A stretch of DNA of 64,000 nucleotides from IMG/VR virus record IMGVR_UViG_3300031555_002578; one strand, given 5' to 3'. The notes beneath the pieces are model-generated. The model searched no databases, was not told the origin of the DNA, and saw only the letters and a list, made by a program, of their open reading frames with translations. Each line of letters begins with the position of its first letter. The first letter of the stretch is position 1. Source of the stretch: a virus. Its lineage: Duplodnaviria; Caudoviricetes. A program made the position numbers and the translations under genes. Shown here one piece after another: positions 34,650-48,200 of this stretch.

Positions 34650-35213
34650 TTAACAATCCCATTCTTCAAAACTCCAACCCATATTGCTTTCAATATCTTC
34701 AACATCGTTTTCCATCCATCTTCTATAGAAACCAATATGTTTCATTGATACATGGGTATCTGTGTAGTTAAGAAAATAATCCATATCGTCTTCTGGATTT
34801 AAAATACCACTATCAAGCAATTCTAAATCTGCAATAAGTTCTTTATGTTCTTCACAATCTTCCAATTCTTCAATAGTCATTTCGCCACTATCAACAAATT
34901 CTGTTTTTTCATTTTCCAGTGCTTCTAAAATATTATCTCTAATATCATCTTTCTGCTCTGTAAATGCGTAAGATAAATTTCTTGCACCTGTATAAAATAC
35001 ACCACGGAAGATACTGTTTAAACTTAAATCATTATTATCAATACAATCTTGAATAATATCATCCAAATCATATTTAATATCTTCTAACAACTCAAGGTCG
35101 CAATAACCACAATTTAAAATTTTAGTCAATACTGCCTGTTGTGTTGTCATAATTTCCACCTCGTTTTCCTCATGAAATTGTGCTATTTTTATTTCTATTG
35201 ATTCCTTCATCAA
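34650..35213 (-). CDS. Acidic hypothetical protein, paralogue of 35468-35851
   Basis: ILNCGYCDLE and NYTDTHV versus ILSCGVWDIE and NCCLDTHI. Confidence 0.7.
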   Translation of the reverse strand: MMKESIEIKIAQFHEENEVEIMTTQQAVLTKILNCGYCDLELLEDIKYDLDDIIQDCIDNNDLSLNSIFRGVFYTGARNLSYAFTEQKDDIRDNILEALENEKTEFVDSGEMTIEELEDCEEHKELIADLELLDSGILNPEDDMDYFLNYTDTHVSMKHIGFYRRWMENDVEDIESNMGWSFEEWDC

Positions 35214-35467
35214 TTACTTCTTTTGCCATTTTTAATGTTCTGGCATAACCAAATGAATCATCTTTTGCGATAATCCAAGAAGATTTCTTCTTTTTAGTTA
35301 AGGTATAACCTTTATATTCAATAACTGTTCCATTTTTAATATGTCCCACTACCTTTCACCTCATTTTCTAACTTCCTTTACCTACTTATATTATACAGTA
35401 TTTTCTTTATTTTGTCAAGGTTTTCCTTAATTATTTTTACAAAAAAATATTTCACTCTAACCAACTA

Positions 35468-35851
35468 TTAAAATTCGTCAACACATTTATTGAAAAGAAT
35501 TGCCATTTCTTCAATAATACTTTCGTCTAAACCTTCTCTTGCGTAAATATGAGTGTCAAGACAACAGTTAGTATAAATATCTACATCAACACCAACTTCT
35601 AAATTATGTTTACTTGCAAAGATAAACATTGCTTCTCTATATACATTATTCCAATCTGGCAAATTACCAAATTCTTCAACCCACATTTTAATAATTTCAC
35701 CAACTTCAATATTGTTTTCAGAATCAAACATTTCTTCAATGTCCCATACACCACAACTTAGAATGTCAGACAACACATTTACCATTGCATTATATCTGGA
35801 TTCCATTTCTGTGAATTTATCTCTATCTCTTAATCCGTACATAACTTTCAC
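35468..35851 (-). CDS. Acidic hypothetical protein, paralogue of 34650-35213
   Basis: Shares the IL.CG..D.E and N...DTH motifs with 34650-35213. Confidence 0.7.
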   Translation of the reverse strand: MKVMYGLRDRDKFTEMESRYNAMVNVLSDILSCGVWDIEEMFDSENNIEVGEIIKMWVEEFGNLPDWNNVYREAMFIFASKHNLEVGVDVDIYTNCCLDTHIYAREGLDESIIEEMAILFNKCVDEF

Positions 35852-37077
35852 CTCATTAAATCGTTTTCATTTTATTAAAATTCATTGTCATTTTCAATAT
35901 CACTGTGGTACATAGCAATCAATTCTTCACTTTCTAACAAACTATACATATATTCTTTATCATGATATTCCATCTCGCAAAATTCTTCATAACATACATA
36001 CAACGTACCACTATAGCCATTATCCCAAATCCATTCTTCAAATGCATCAATCTCAAAATCGTTATCAATACATTCTTTTCTATATTCAAGGTATTCTCTT
36101 TTTGTTTTTACTCTTTGGTATGTTGTTGTATATTTTCCAATCCAATCTTCTTTATATAATTCATAAGCAATTTCACTAATATCCATTTCACTAATACCAA
36201 GTTCAATATTTGTCATATTTATCACCTCATAAAATTATTCTTGCAGATTTTCTTTTACAAAGTCTACATCAAGAGTTGGTCTATTTTCACCATTACATTT
36301 TAGGATAACTTCATCACCCCAATTTAATCTTCCATAGTAATTCAAAGGCTGATTACAAAGGATTGCTGTAATCTTGCCAGTATAATTATCATCATGATAT
36401 TTTTCATAATCTTCTGGAGTAACCCAACCCCAAACACCTTCACCATTTTTAGAGTAAATATCTTCTTCGTCTGGAATATTAAATTTAATTGTACCTGCAT
36501 TAAACTGTTTTTCATCCAGAGATTCAATAAACTTCCCTTTGTTAATGATTTTGCCCATATTCAGCACTCCTTTTATATCTCTTTTACTTACTTATATTAT
36601 ACAGGATTTCCTTTATTTTGTCAAGGGTTTTCTTTAATCTTTTTCAAAAAATTATTTAATAAAAACAAAATAGTTTCTACCAAAATAATATTCCTTATTA
36701 TTTTCCCAATCATAGTTTGTAATTGGTGTAATAGACCAAGCACAATCATATCCATTTTCTTTCATATCATTTTCTAAAAATACATCCATTTCTTCTAAAG
36801 AAGGATACACATTAGATATTACAACTACGATACAAAATTGTTCATAGTCTGGAAGTCTTTCCTCTTTATGCATCCTTCCATATTCTATTTCATACGCATT
36901 AAATTCTTTAAATTTATTCATATTAAAATTCCTTTCTAATTGTTACCACCAATCCCAATATTCATCAAAAAGATAGAATGTATCTTCATAACATTCACAA
37001 GCATATTCACAATATAAACACCATTCATCATATTCATCAAAACATCCATAGCATCTTGGCATAAACTTCACCTCTTA

Positions 37078-37422
37078 TTACATCCGACTAATTACATCCA
37101 TGTCAATTTGTTTCTGCAAATAACTTTCAAATTCTTCCAGTTCCTTTTTACACTTACAACAATCAGAATCACAGTATTCATGAATACTATCAAAATACTC
37201 CTGTTCATCATCATAGTACCAGTCTACCCATTCTCCATCCTCATAGACTTCCAGACCACCTGTATTCACATAGTCTGGTTTCACCTTATTCTGCAACTGG
37301 AACAAATCATAGTACGCCAGTACATCCATTACCTTTTTTCCTTCTTCTGGACTGTTTACAGGCACATAAAATGTCTGTTTGATTCCTAACTGTGGAATCC
37401 ACCATACTCTATATTTACTCAT
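37078..37422 (-). CDS. P22 gp17-like protein (escape from superinfection exclusion)
   Basis: RVWWIPQ..FYVPV.SPEEG..VMD.LA.YDLFQ..N.VKPDY.N.GGL matches the family pattern. Confidence 0.7.
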   Translation of the reverse strand: MSKYRVWWIPQLGIKQTFYVPVNSPEEGKKVMDVLAYYDLFQLQNKVKPDYVNTGGLEVYEDGEWVDWYYDDEQEYFDSIHEYCDSDCCKCKKELEEFESYLQKQIDMDVISRM

Positions 37423-38745
37423 TCAAATCATTCTCCTTATTAGCCACATTCATGTTCTACAAATGTAATTGTCTTAAAATTGTGTTCATTCAGTTCAATT
37501 TCTTTTGCAAATTCATTATCAAATCTAACTTTAATAGTTTTAGGAAAATACTCAAATTCCTGCTCTTTTTCCCATTCAAGACATTTTTTAAAAGATTCCC
37601 AATCATGATTTTCAATAATTTTATCAATCTCATTCATTCTATAACGAATTTCTGGATGTATATGATGAAACCATACATAAGAAATTTCCATGTTATCAAC
37701 AGTATCAATCAAATCATAGTAAGAACAATCCCAAGTATATCCATCACTATATTCTTTAACAATTACAATGTCGTGTTCTTCATTGTCTGTGTAAATATAA
37801 TATCTATTCCAATAATTTTCTGCAATTTCATGTTCATATCTATTCGCTTCGTTAAGTTCATTCAAAGCAAATTCATACATCCTTTTCATTACATCAGTTT
37901 TAAGGCTATATTTTTTTTCACAATAGATAATTTTTTCTGTAAATCCATTAACTGTGTGGTCTGTCTTTTTAATTTTCCACATATAACCATTCTCCTTTAA
38001 ACACTTGCTTTTCTTTCTTTGATTCGTCTATAATTCTTAGGATTATCAAAATACTCAACAAGACTTTCATTGATTTCAAAAATATGGTCAACAACATCTT
38101 CAAAAGAATCTTCAACATAAAATTCTCTATATGCTTTATCAAAATAATCATATACTTCATCATCCACACTAGTATAATCATCTTTGATTTTTACAACAAC
38201 AAGAATACTTGCAATATCTTCATTTGAATATGTATTTACTTTATAAAAGAAATCTCCTTCTTCATTGTAATTGACTACTCCATTTTCATAATCAATCTTT
38301 CCTTCGTCAATGTTTTCATCAACTAAATTCTGATACAAATAATCAATGAAAAATTTATTAAGTTTAATTCCCATATTCATTCTCCTTTAACAAGCGTGTC
38401 TATCTGTATACTCAATAATATTGTTCATAGCATTTTCAATATCTTCAATTTCTGTTTCCAATTCATAAATCATATCAGCATATTTATCCCATCTTACTTC
38501 TTCCGTAGGTGTCATATCCCTACCCTGTTCGTCTGCGTGTTCTTCAATTTTTTCCTGTTTTTCTTCCAGTTCTTCAATTTTATCTTTCAATTTTTCAACT
38601 ACATTTTCTAAACTTTCAAACTGTCTATTTAATTTAATCATGGCATTTCTCCTTTCTTGCATTGCCTTATCTTCACTTATAGTATATCATATTATAATCT
38701 TATTGTCAATGCCTTTTCTTTAATTTATTTAAGGTTTTACTTTAT

Positions 38746-39195
38746 TCAATCCTTTCTGTATCTATCTCGTCTATCCAGACACTCCTGCAACCTTACTTCT
38801 TTACCTTTACGCATTGTATTATCACCTTTTTGGATTCTTGTATTTTTTCCTGCTTCAATTAACTGCTTATCCATACCATTTTTATAGGCTAAATCCTTCA
38901 TCATTTTATGGTATGTTTGAGAAGTAGTCCTTGCATTTGCACACAAACCAAACTTCTTCTTATACTGTTCCATACTCATTTTATGTGATTCTTTTACATG
39001 ACTACCAAGCCTTTTATATGCTCTGCCACAAATATGACATACAACATATCCTCTTTCGTCTGTTGCAATTCTGCCCTTCTTAGGCAATGGATTGTCTGTA
39101 CCCCCATCACGATAATATTTAAAACAACCTTGACACATTCCTTTGTATCTCTTATCGTGAATGGTGAGTTCTTTACCACATTTACTGCAATACAT
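38746..39195 (-). CDS. Zinc-finger protein with Ros/MucR-like domain
   Basis: CSKC..CQGC and VCHICGRAYKRLGSHV..HKMS.EQYKKKFGL. Confidence 0.7.
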   Translation of the reverse strand: MYCSKCGKELTIHDKRYKGMCQGCFKYYRDGGTDNPLPKKGRIATDERGYVVCHICGRAYKRLGSHVKESHKMSMEQYKKKFGLCANARTTSQTYHKMMKDLAYKNGMDKQLIEAGKNTRIQKGDNTMRKGKEVRLQECLDRRDRYRKD

Positions 39196-39652
39196 TACAT
39201 CACCTCAATATCTATATAAACCTCTACTGTCCCTGTCTGCATCTACAATAGATACAATTCTTCTCATTGTTTCCATTGCACTATATTTACCAAAACAATA
39301 TCTGCCATAAATATTGTTGATTTCTCTTTTTGTTTCTTTTGTTAAGTCTGCTTTCATCATATCATTCGCAAATTCTTTCACATATCTCTTATTCATTCTT
39401 TCACCTCATTATACTCTGCCAATCTGTTTTTCTTTTCTACTATTACTTCTATACTTTGGTTCTGCTTCACTCAAACATCTATCACAATAATATCTCTGTC
39501 CACAATAGTCTACAATGTTCGCACAATCATGGAATTTATAATACACCTCTTTGATTCCATGAGTATATCTTCCATTGGGGATTGCCCATCCGATAATTTT
39601 ATTGCACTCAATACATCTAATTGCTTTACTACCTACCTTCATATATGACACC

Positions 39653-39958
39653 TCAATCCAATACATCAATATAAAATCTAAGTTCTGCACCTTTCAGATT
39701 ATCGTATGCCCATTCATGTGTTGTTCTCCACAATTCATCATACAGTTCTGTATATTTATCATTTCCCTTCTCATAATGTTCCCAAATCTTGTGATTCAGT
39801 ACCATTACCAGTTCCGTCAGATATTTATAATCAGATTTCCATTCATTGAAAGCACGATTATAAATGTCTTTAATTGCATCTACCCCAAACAAATCTGCAA
39901 TAGTAAAGTCCTGCCAAAATGTTGTTGTTACTCTTTCACCTTCATAATACATTCCCAT
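39653..39958 (-). CDS. Conserved phage hypothetical protein
   Basis: TTFWQDFTIAD.FG..YLTELVMVLNHKIW; own promoter and RBS. Confidence 0.7.
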   Translation of the reverse strand: MGMYYEGERVTTTFWQDFTIADLFGVDAIKDIYNRAFNEWKSDYKYLTELVMVLNHKIWEHYEKGNDKYTELYDELWRTTHEWAYDNLKGAELRFYIDVLD

Positions 39959-40108
39959 ATTTACATTCTCCTTTCCTGTGGTTCATTACCTTATCTTTAA
40001 TTATATTATACAGGAAAACCTTTAAAATGTCAATACCTTTTTTGTGTTTTTTAAAAATTTTCCTTTATAATATAAGGGGATACTGTGTATACAATATCCC
40101 CTATTCCA

Positions 40109-41008
40109 TTACTGTGCTTTAGCCATACCAAATACAGGCTTTACAATCTTTCCATTTTCTTTGCACATATCTGTGAAAAGTTTAACAAGTCTTTCATTTC
40201 TGCTCATATCTCTATAAGAAATAATTGCTGTTGCGGATACATCTTCTGGATTATTATGTTTCAAAAAATCTACCAGATTATTTTCCAGTTCTTTCAGATT
40301 ATTTTTATTCTGATTATACAGTACCTTAAATGCGTTCATAAACTGATAGGAATATGCCTGATAATAAATATTCCAATCACTCTTTTCAATTACTTCAAAC
40401 ACCCATTCCAGACACTCTCTGCCATACTGTCTTACAATATCTCTAGCAACTGTTACAGACTGTAAATGATTCTTGTTCATTTTCTTTTCAACTTTTACAT
40501 TGTGTTTATCACATACATCTTTAATAATTGTATCTGTTTCCTCTCCCCTACAAATATTAGCCTTAAACGTATCATGTGGATTAGGCTTACTACTGTTTGT
40601 ATTACCGTCTACAAAGATTTCTGCTTCTTCTTTTACAGTCAGACCAACATATACTACACAAATCAGAGTGTCAATGCCACGCATAATACACGCTTCTCTA
40701 CGGTGCTGTCCATCAATCACATAGAAATAACCATCATTTCTGTAGTTTACTTTAATTGCATCACATTTGTTTTCATCCCAGTTTCTTGCGATTGCTCTAG
40801 CGTGTTTCATAATGGGTCGCTGATACATTTCTGTATCTACTTTCATCATATTTACAGGAATTTCCAGATAGATTTTATTACCAATCTTCTGTGCATTTTT
40901 GAAAAGTGTAACTGCCAATGCTTTATTTTCTTTATTCAGACTATTTTCTGCGTTCATTTCAACCATTCTGTCCAGTAATGCTTCTTTAGTTCTATTCTTC
41001 ATCATCAT
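40109..41008 (-). CDS. ParB/Srx-like protein (DUF6551-like)
   Basis: YQR, YVIDGQHR, EEAEIF motifs. Confidence 0.75.
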   Translation of the reverse strand: MMMKNRTKEALLDRMVEMNAENSLNKENKALAVTLFKNAQKIGNKIYLEIPVNMMKVDTEMYQRPIMKHARAIARNWDENKCDAIKVNYRNDGYFYVIDGQHRREACIMRGIDTLICVVYVGLTVKEEAEIFVDGNTNSSKPNPHDTFKANICRGEETDTIIKDVCDKHNVKVEKKMNKNHLQSVTVARDIVRQYGRECLEWVFEVIEKSDWNIYYQAYSYQFMNAFKVLYNQNKNNLKELENNLVDFLKHNNPEDVSATAIISYRDMSRNERLVKLFTDMCKENGKIVKPVFGMAKAQ

Positions 41009-44000
41009 AATTGTATCTCCCTTTCAAATCGTTAAACTATACCTACTTAATATGTTTTATTCTTCATCTTCAAAATCTTCATTATCATCATAGTAACCTT
41101 CATAATCAACAACACCAATCTGGCTACCTTCTGTAATTACTACTGCTTTATAATCATCACCATAATATGCTCTGATACCATATTCATCAACATCATTCTC
41201 AATACTGATATTCATAGCAAAATCACTACCATATCTCTGCTTCATGCCAATTACAACTTTTGTATCATCATCAAAACATTCAAGCCTATCAATCAGTTCT
41301 CTTACTGTCATAAAATAACCTCTCTTTCAAATTCTCATTTCATCTATTATTATTCCAAGTTACAAAATCCTTACCAAACTTACAAGCAAGTTCATTTCTG
41401 CCATCATATCTACCTTCATCGTACATTTCTGCACATTTTTCAAGCCAAGAAATACATAATTCTGTAAATTCACTCTGCAAATATCTATGCTCTTTACTCA
41501 TTTCTTCACAAAATTTATCTTTCTTAAAACCAAATGCGTTCATTTCATCAGAAACAACTTTTACCAAATTTTCTTCTCTTGTATTTTCCTTCATAATCCA
41601 TTCTCCTTAAATTGTGATTCTCCATCCAATGCCTTTCTGTTTTACATTAAATCCACAATCTGCAAACACATCTACTACATTTGCAAGAATTGTTTCTGTT
41701 GCATCATATTTCAGAATGTTATGGTAACAATTTCTGATTTCACTGATTTCAAGTGGTGCAAACTCCTTTCTCTTACCTTCATGCAAATCCTCTACTACAT
41801 GGTGGATTCGCAACAACATAACCTGCTGTTTGTGTGTGTACTTCATCAAATCATCCTTCCTTTTATACTGCTTTTGTGTATCCAAGTTTCTTGCCAAAGT
41901 GGGGCAAACTTGTCATAAAGTTACTATTCCACATTGTATCATGCAATTCACTATCAAACTTTTCGTACTCATTATTTCTGTAGTATTCCATACCTTTATC
42001 TGATACTCTTTTCATTTCTGCAAAGTTTGTTCCGTCATGGTGACTGCACTTTACATAGAAATGTCCGTTCTGCTCATAGAATTTGAAATAATCACAATCG
42101 CATCCAAATCCTCTTACAATATCTTCTACTGTTTCTACAAATGTTCCACCTTCTGCTCTGCCATTCCATCTACCTACTGTTCCACAAAGCAGATATGTTG
42201 CATCCTGCATACATTCATTGATTTCTCTCTTAAAATCATTCCATGCAAATTCTTCTTCTAGTCTGATTCTATCCCACACTTTATCGTCTGGAATATCATC
42301 CTTGCTTTCATATTCTTCATAATCATTTTCAAGTTCCATAATGATTTCTCTTGCATCATCTTCGGTACAGAAAAAATCTGTATCATAATTGTCAAAAAAT
42401 CTAATTACATCTTTCTTTCCCATATTGTTTCTCCTTCCTTGTGTTGCCGTTTGTGTTGTACTTCCTTTATCTATTATTAATATATCACAACCTTTTTGTT
42501 TTGTCAACATATTTTATAAGATTTTTTAACATATTTTTCAATAAACTTTTATTACAATACACCATACATATAATATAGTGTACTGTAATAAAGGCTTATT
42601 AAGCCTTTATCGTTTCCAGAAACGCTTTTTAGCCTTTGCCCTTGCTTCTCTCTTAGCCTGTCTTTCCTGCTTGTATGCAAGGCTCTGTGCGGTCAGAAAA
42701 CGTATTGTTCGTCTGATATTATTACTGTCCAGATATACTTCATCGGGACAAATTACTTCCGTACCATCCTGCGTGATTACAATACACATACTCATTCCCC
42801 TTCCTTATTCAGTTTAGATTTCATTCGTCTGCATCCCTGCACGCAACCCCACAACCATCCATCAAGGTTCTCAATGCTGTGGCAATAGTTGATAGGTGAA
42901 TTATCATTTTTCAAATAGATAAAATATCCGTCTGCATCATCATATTCAATTTTAGGTTCACCAAAATTATTGATAAAAGGAATTAGAGAATCTTCAATAT
43001 AATCATATTCTTCCTGTGTAAATACATCCTTATATTTATCATACATTATGTCAACCTTCTCTCCACACTTCAAAATTTGTTCTACTATATCTGTTTTCAT
43101 GTAGTATATCAATCAATTTATTTACATCTTTACTTTTGATTTCAACTGCATTATCTGGTGGTTGAATACTAGGATTATCACTTGTAAATAGTTTTCTTTC
43201 TGTATCAATAAATAGATACTTTCTATATCCATAAGTATTTCTTTTTGTCATAAAATAAAGTTTCAATTAAACCACTCCTTAGATAATACTATAAGAATCT
43301 TTATGAATATGCAGATTTTCAATACCATCAACTGTCATAAGATTAAATTCTGCATACGCATTTTCAAGTTCTTTTTTCTTTGCCTGTGCATTTCTATATG
43401 CACTCAACATATTATGAATGTGCATATCAACATTCTCAATGTATTTTTTTTCCGTATGAAAATCATCCATTGTAATATGCTGAATCACATTATCAATTCT
43501 CATTTTATGGTCATATTTTAGATATGCTTTTACTTCATAAGAATTTCCAAAACAATAATCTTTATGATTGATAGCAATAGTATCATAATTATATCCTGTT
43601 AAATAAATTCTACAGTTTGTTTTTTCATAAATTTCATTACGAATTTTATCAAATGTTTTTTCGCCACATCTTTTACCTTCATATTTATTCCATACCTCAA
43701 TGATAATAGGCAATGTTTCATTAAATAATGATGTTTTGGCATTATTCTGCATAATTTTCATTTTCAGTTTTCTAAATGTTTCTACATCTTTCAAATGCTC
43801 AATTTCTAAATCATGTTCTTCTTTTTTCTGTTTAAATTTATCATCTGCTTTTTCATGTTCGACCTTTTCTCTTAAACTTTTGCCATAAAAATATTCATTA
43901 GCAAACTTTCTAAAATTTTCTCTTTCTGTTTTAATTTCATTCTGTGTGTTTTTCAGTTTATCAGACAAAACTTTAATTTCATTTACGATTTCTTCAAATT

Positions 44001-44336
44001 TCTTCATTGTATCCCTCTTTTCAGTCAATCCATCTTTTCTGTTTTACATTGTAAATAGCACCATTACCATCTTGATATTCTTCATTTTTAGAGTAAGTAA
44101 ATCTGTAACACTTTTCTCCATTGATATACATAGGCTGTGGTTTGCCATGTTCCATAGCAAATCTTTCCCTATAACCACCTAGCATAAATGCTTCTCTGTA
44201 TGTATATTCTTTCATATCACTTTCCTTTCTGCTGTGTGGTACTCTGTATCTTACTTCTATTACATTGTACCACACAACCTTTTCATTGTCAATGCTTTTT
44301 ATTGTTTTTGTTAAGGATTTTCTAACATTTTATGTA

Positions 44337-44885
44337 TTAAAAAACTTTTTCAAATTCACCACCACAACATCCACATTTGTAACTTTTAGGATTTCTAGTG
44401 AATTTACTTGCTCTCATCTGTCTTACCATTTGACCACAACCCTTGCATTTGAATACATATTTATATTCGTATGTTTCATCAAGTGGCTTTACACCTTTTT
44501 CATCTGCATCAGAACATCTTTTAATGTTGTATCCGTATTTCTTATTTACTTTATCTGCAACGGATTTCCAAGGCTGTCCATGATTCATGCAGTTTGGACA
44601 AGTATGGAGAGGTTCATGAATGATAGTATTTTTCAAACCATCTTTATTCTCCAGAAGTCTATCAGAAATATTGATATGGTATACACTACCAACCTTTTTG
44701 CACTGTCCCCATCTTCTTTTTGCTCTTGTGTTAATGGATACTTCTCTTACCTTACCATAAGGAATATTGAGTGCATCCAGTTCACGCATACATTCAACTG
44801 TTACTTCCCACAAGTACTGCTGTTCCTTGTTTACTGCCATACCATTGATTACTGTGCTAGTTCTAGTTGCTTTTGTCATTCCCAT
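44337..44885 (-). CDS. SprT-like zinc metalloprotease
   Basis: RRWGQC, TIIHEPLH (HExxH), HG..WK, C-terminal CxxC..CxxC. Confidence 0.85.
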   Translation of the reverse strand: MGMTKATRTSTVINGMAVNKEQQYLWEVTVECMRELDALNIPYGKVREVSINTRAKRRWGQCKKVGSVYHINISDRLLENKDGLKNTIIHEPLHTCPNCMNHGQPWKSVADKVNKKYGYNIKRCSDADEKGVKPLDETYEYKYVFKCKGCGQMVRQMRASKFTRNPKSYKCGCCGGEFEKVF

Positions 44886-45049
44886 AAATCATTACTCCTT
44901 TTCGTCTTGTGTGTTTTGGTTTCTTTATCTTATCTTTAATATAAGTATATCACAACTAAAACGGAAAGTCAATACTTTTTTGTAAATTTTATAAAGTTTT
45001 TTCTTAATATTTTAAGTTGACAATAAGCATTATTAAATAATAATGCTTA

Positions 45050-45274
45050 TCAATAAATCTTATTACCATTAGGAAACTCAAAATAGGAATGATACTCACA
45101 ACCTAAGATTTCAGCCATTTGATACATTTCTTCCTTTGTGAATTTACCATTAGAAAGCCTTTTAGAAATAGACTGTTGGCTCATGCCCATGCCTTTCCCT
45201 AATCGTGTCATGCTGATTCCAGACAACTTACAAGCAGTTTGTACTTGCTCTTTTAATGTACTTCTTTTCAACAT
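45050..45274 (-). CDS. XRE-family HTH protein, paralogue of 32999-33223
   Basis: ISMTRLGKGMGMSQQSISKRLSNGKF..MAEILGCEY.S.F.FP.GNKI. Confidence 0.8.
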   Translation of the reverse strand: MLKRSTLKEQVQTACKLSGISMTRLGKGMGMSQQSISKRLSNGKFTKEEMYQMAEILGCEYHSYFEFPNGNKIY

Positions 45275-48200
45275 ATCACCACCATTTTATTTTTGTTTAT
45301 TACAATTTTTTCCTATTATATCACAACCATAACAGAATGTCAATGCCTTTATTCAGCCTTTACAGACCATTTTAAGATACTTCCAGATTGCTTACCATTG
45401 TCCAGTACACCCATAAAAGAATACGCTTCTAACAGGCTATAAACAACCTTATAGAATACCTTACCATGCTTGTCTGTATATGTAAATCTAATCATTAAAT
45501 CAACTCCATAAATGCTGTATATCTTCAAATGATGTTTTATATTTCTTTTTGCTTTCATGTTTCGTATAACGCATGAACATTTCTTTTGCTTTCAGTCTAT
45601 CACTAGACCAACATACTAATCTCCATGATTCCACTTTATTCCCATTTTCATAGTAGGAATACTTCTCTTGAATTTCATATCTTAACTGTGAATGTGTACC
45701 ATAACACCGCACAAGTCTGTATTTCTCATTTGCATCATATACTATCATAAAATCACCCTTTATGTTTGTTTACATAATATTTACATCTTTTAATAATCAT
45801 ATAATCACTTTTGTCTGAATGTCTTAAACAATATTTAACCAAATCCAATAACATATCATTTGATAAGGATACAAAATCTTTTTCAAACTGTCTTGTGGCT
45901 CTGCCAGTCATTATGTATCTGTTGACTGCATACAATACCCAATCAGCACAATTATCTGTTTCTTTATATCTGTTGCATACCTTTTGTAATTCCCATAGTT
46001 TATTTTCAATATCCAATCAAATCATCCTTTCATTTCTTTTAACCATCCATTTTCATACGGTTTACGATGTTTTCCCATATTGAAAATATACATAATTGCA
46101 TCACAAATTTGTTTTGCATACTGCATATCGATAATATGTTTATCAATATTTGATGCTTTAATATAATTTCTACTAAGTTTTACTTCTGTATATTGTGGAT
46201 AGAAAATATCTATTGTTTCATTACATTCAACATAGATTTTCAATCCTGCTTCTTTTAATTTTTCATTTGATTCAACAGATACAAAACTGATTGTGCCACT
46301 TGTATTTTGGTCAAAACGCAATTTTATACCATTTATATCATACACATATACTGTGTATTCACCAAGAATATCTCTGTCAATTTTATTTTCTTTTTCTAAC
46401 ACAATAAACATTTTATCCATATCATCAATCCTCCTTGCATTGTGTGTCATACCTTATCTTCTCTTATAGTATAACACACAATGTTTTCGTTGTCAATACC
46501 TTTTTAGAAATTTGTTTAAGGATTTTCTGGATTATTCGTACCAATCATCATCCTCATCATAATCATCATCCTGTTCCCAACCTTGATTCGGGTCACTTTC
46601 ACTCGGAGAAACATACTCATAGTTCATTTCTTTTGTAGTGATTTTGATAGGATATTCAAGTGCAGAATTATCATCATCATAACAAGCCATCATGATACCC
46701 AACCAACGCAGTTCACAACTAATAGGTTCATCATTATAATAGTGCATCAGATTTTCATGGTCTGTTTCATTCCCTGTGCAATGCCATGTTCCCTTTTTCA
46801 TTCTTCTAACGATTTCTGGAATCATGCCTTTATTCCACTCTGGAATAAGGTCATACACATCGTATCCACCAAACATTCCATAACCATCATAACAACCTTC
46901 ATAAATTGCCTTGCCATACTTATGCTGAAATTCTTTTGGTACAAGCAAATAGGTATCTGCCTTTTTTCCATCGATTACCTGTCTTTCTGTATCAGAATAA
47001 ATCCAACTAAACTGTCCCATAATATATCTCCTTTCATGTGTTACTTTATCTTATCTTCTCTTATAATATACCATATATCCTCTTTATTGTCAATACTTTT
47101 TCAGAAATTTATTTAAGGATTTTCTTTATCTTTTAACATCTTTGTATACAGGATTGTTTTTACCTTCAATATAAATTGAATATGTTGTCACTCTACCACT
47201 TTCATCCCTATGAAGATATATTTTTTTAATTTGAGATTTTCTACAAGATTTATAACCATTTCTTTTATTGACAATATTGATAATTTTATTTGCATCAAAA
47301 TTATTTAATTCATTTGCACCAATTTCATATCGTTTATTTCTTCTTCTGCTATCTCTTTTCTTACTACTATTGATTGCAATATCATAATCCATTGTATAAA
47401 GAAGTGTTTTATTTTCTTTATCATCCCATCTGTTAAAGTTCAGACCATAATATTTCAATTCAATTTTATTAACATTTGCTTTATATGTTCCGTATGGTTT
47501 ATCACTTTCCTCAACTACCAGATTCACATTATATACAATACAAAATTTGACTTCATCAATAATACTTTCTTCATTTGTAATATAAATCATAATGTGTTTT
47601 CTATTTTCTTCTGCATTAGGATTATACAGTTTCACAAAACCATTTTTATCACTATACATAACTCTGGATTCTTTTGTATTAAAGATATAACCTTCATTGA
47701 TATACTTCATCATGATATAGGTCATTGTACCTTCAATATGTTGCATTGTGATGCCTGTTGTTGCTTTTGTAACTTCCTGCATTGTCCATGTATTCATAAC
47801 TTTTCTCCTTTCATGTGTTGCTTTATCTTATCTTTACTATAGTATATCACATCTTTTTCATTGTGTCAATATCTTTTTTATGTTTTTATAAAGTTTTTCC
47901 TAATTTATTTTAGGAAGGAAGGGAGTGGATTTCTCCACCCCTTATCTAATTTCATATCCACAAGGGAACATTTCTCCAATTTCTTTATAGTTTGTATAAA
48001 TCTTACAACCAGATTTTACATAGTTTTCAATATTGTTTCTAAAAATATGTACGATTGCATCCAGATTGTATCTACTGTTTTCAAACTGTTTCATGCACAT
48101 CATTGTAAATTCCTGTGTTACTTCACTTCGCTGAATACCAGTAGTGCATCTATTGTACCATCGTTTAATTGTATCACCCATAGAAAACGCAAAGTTATAA

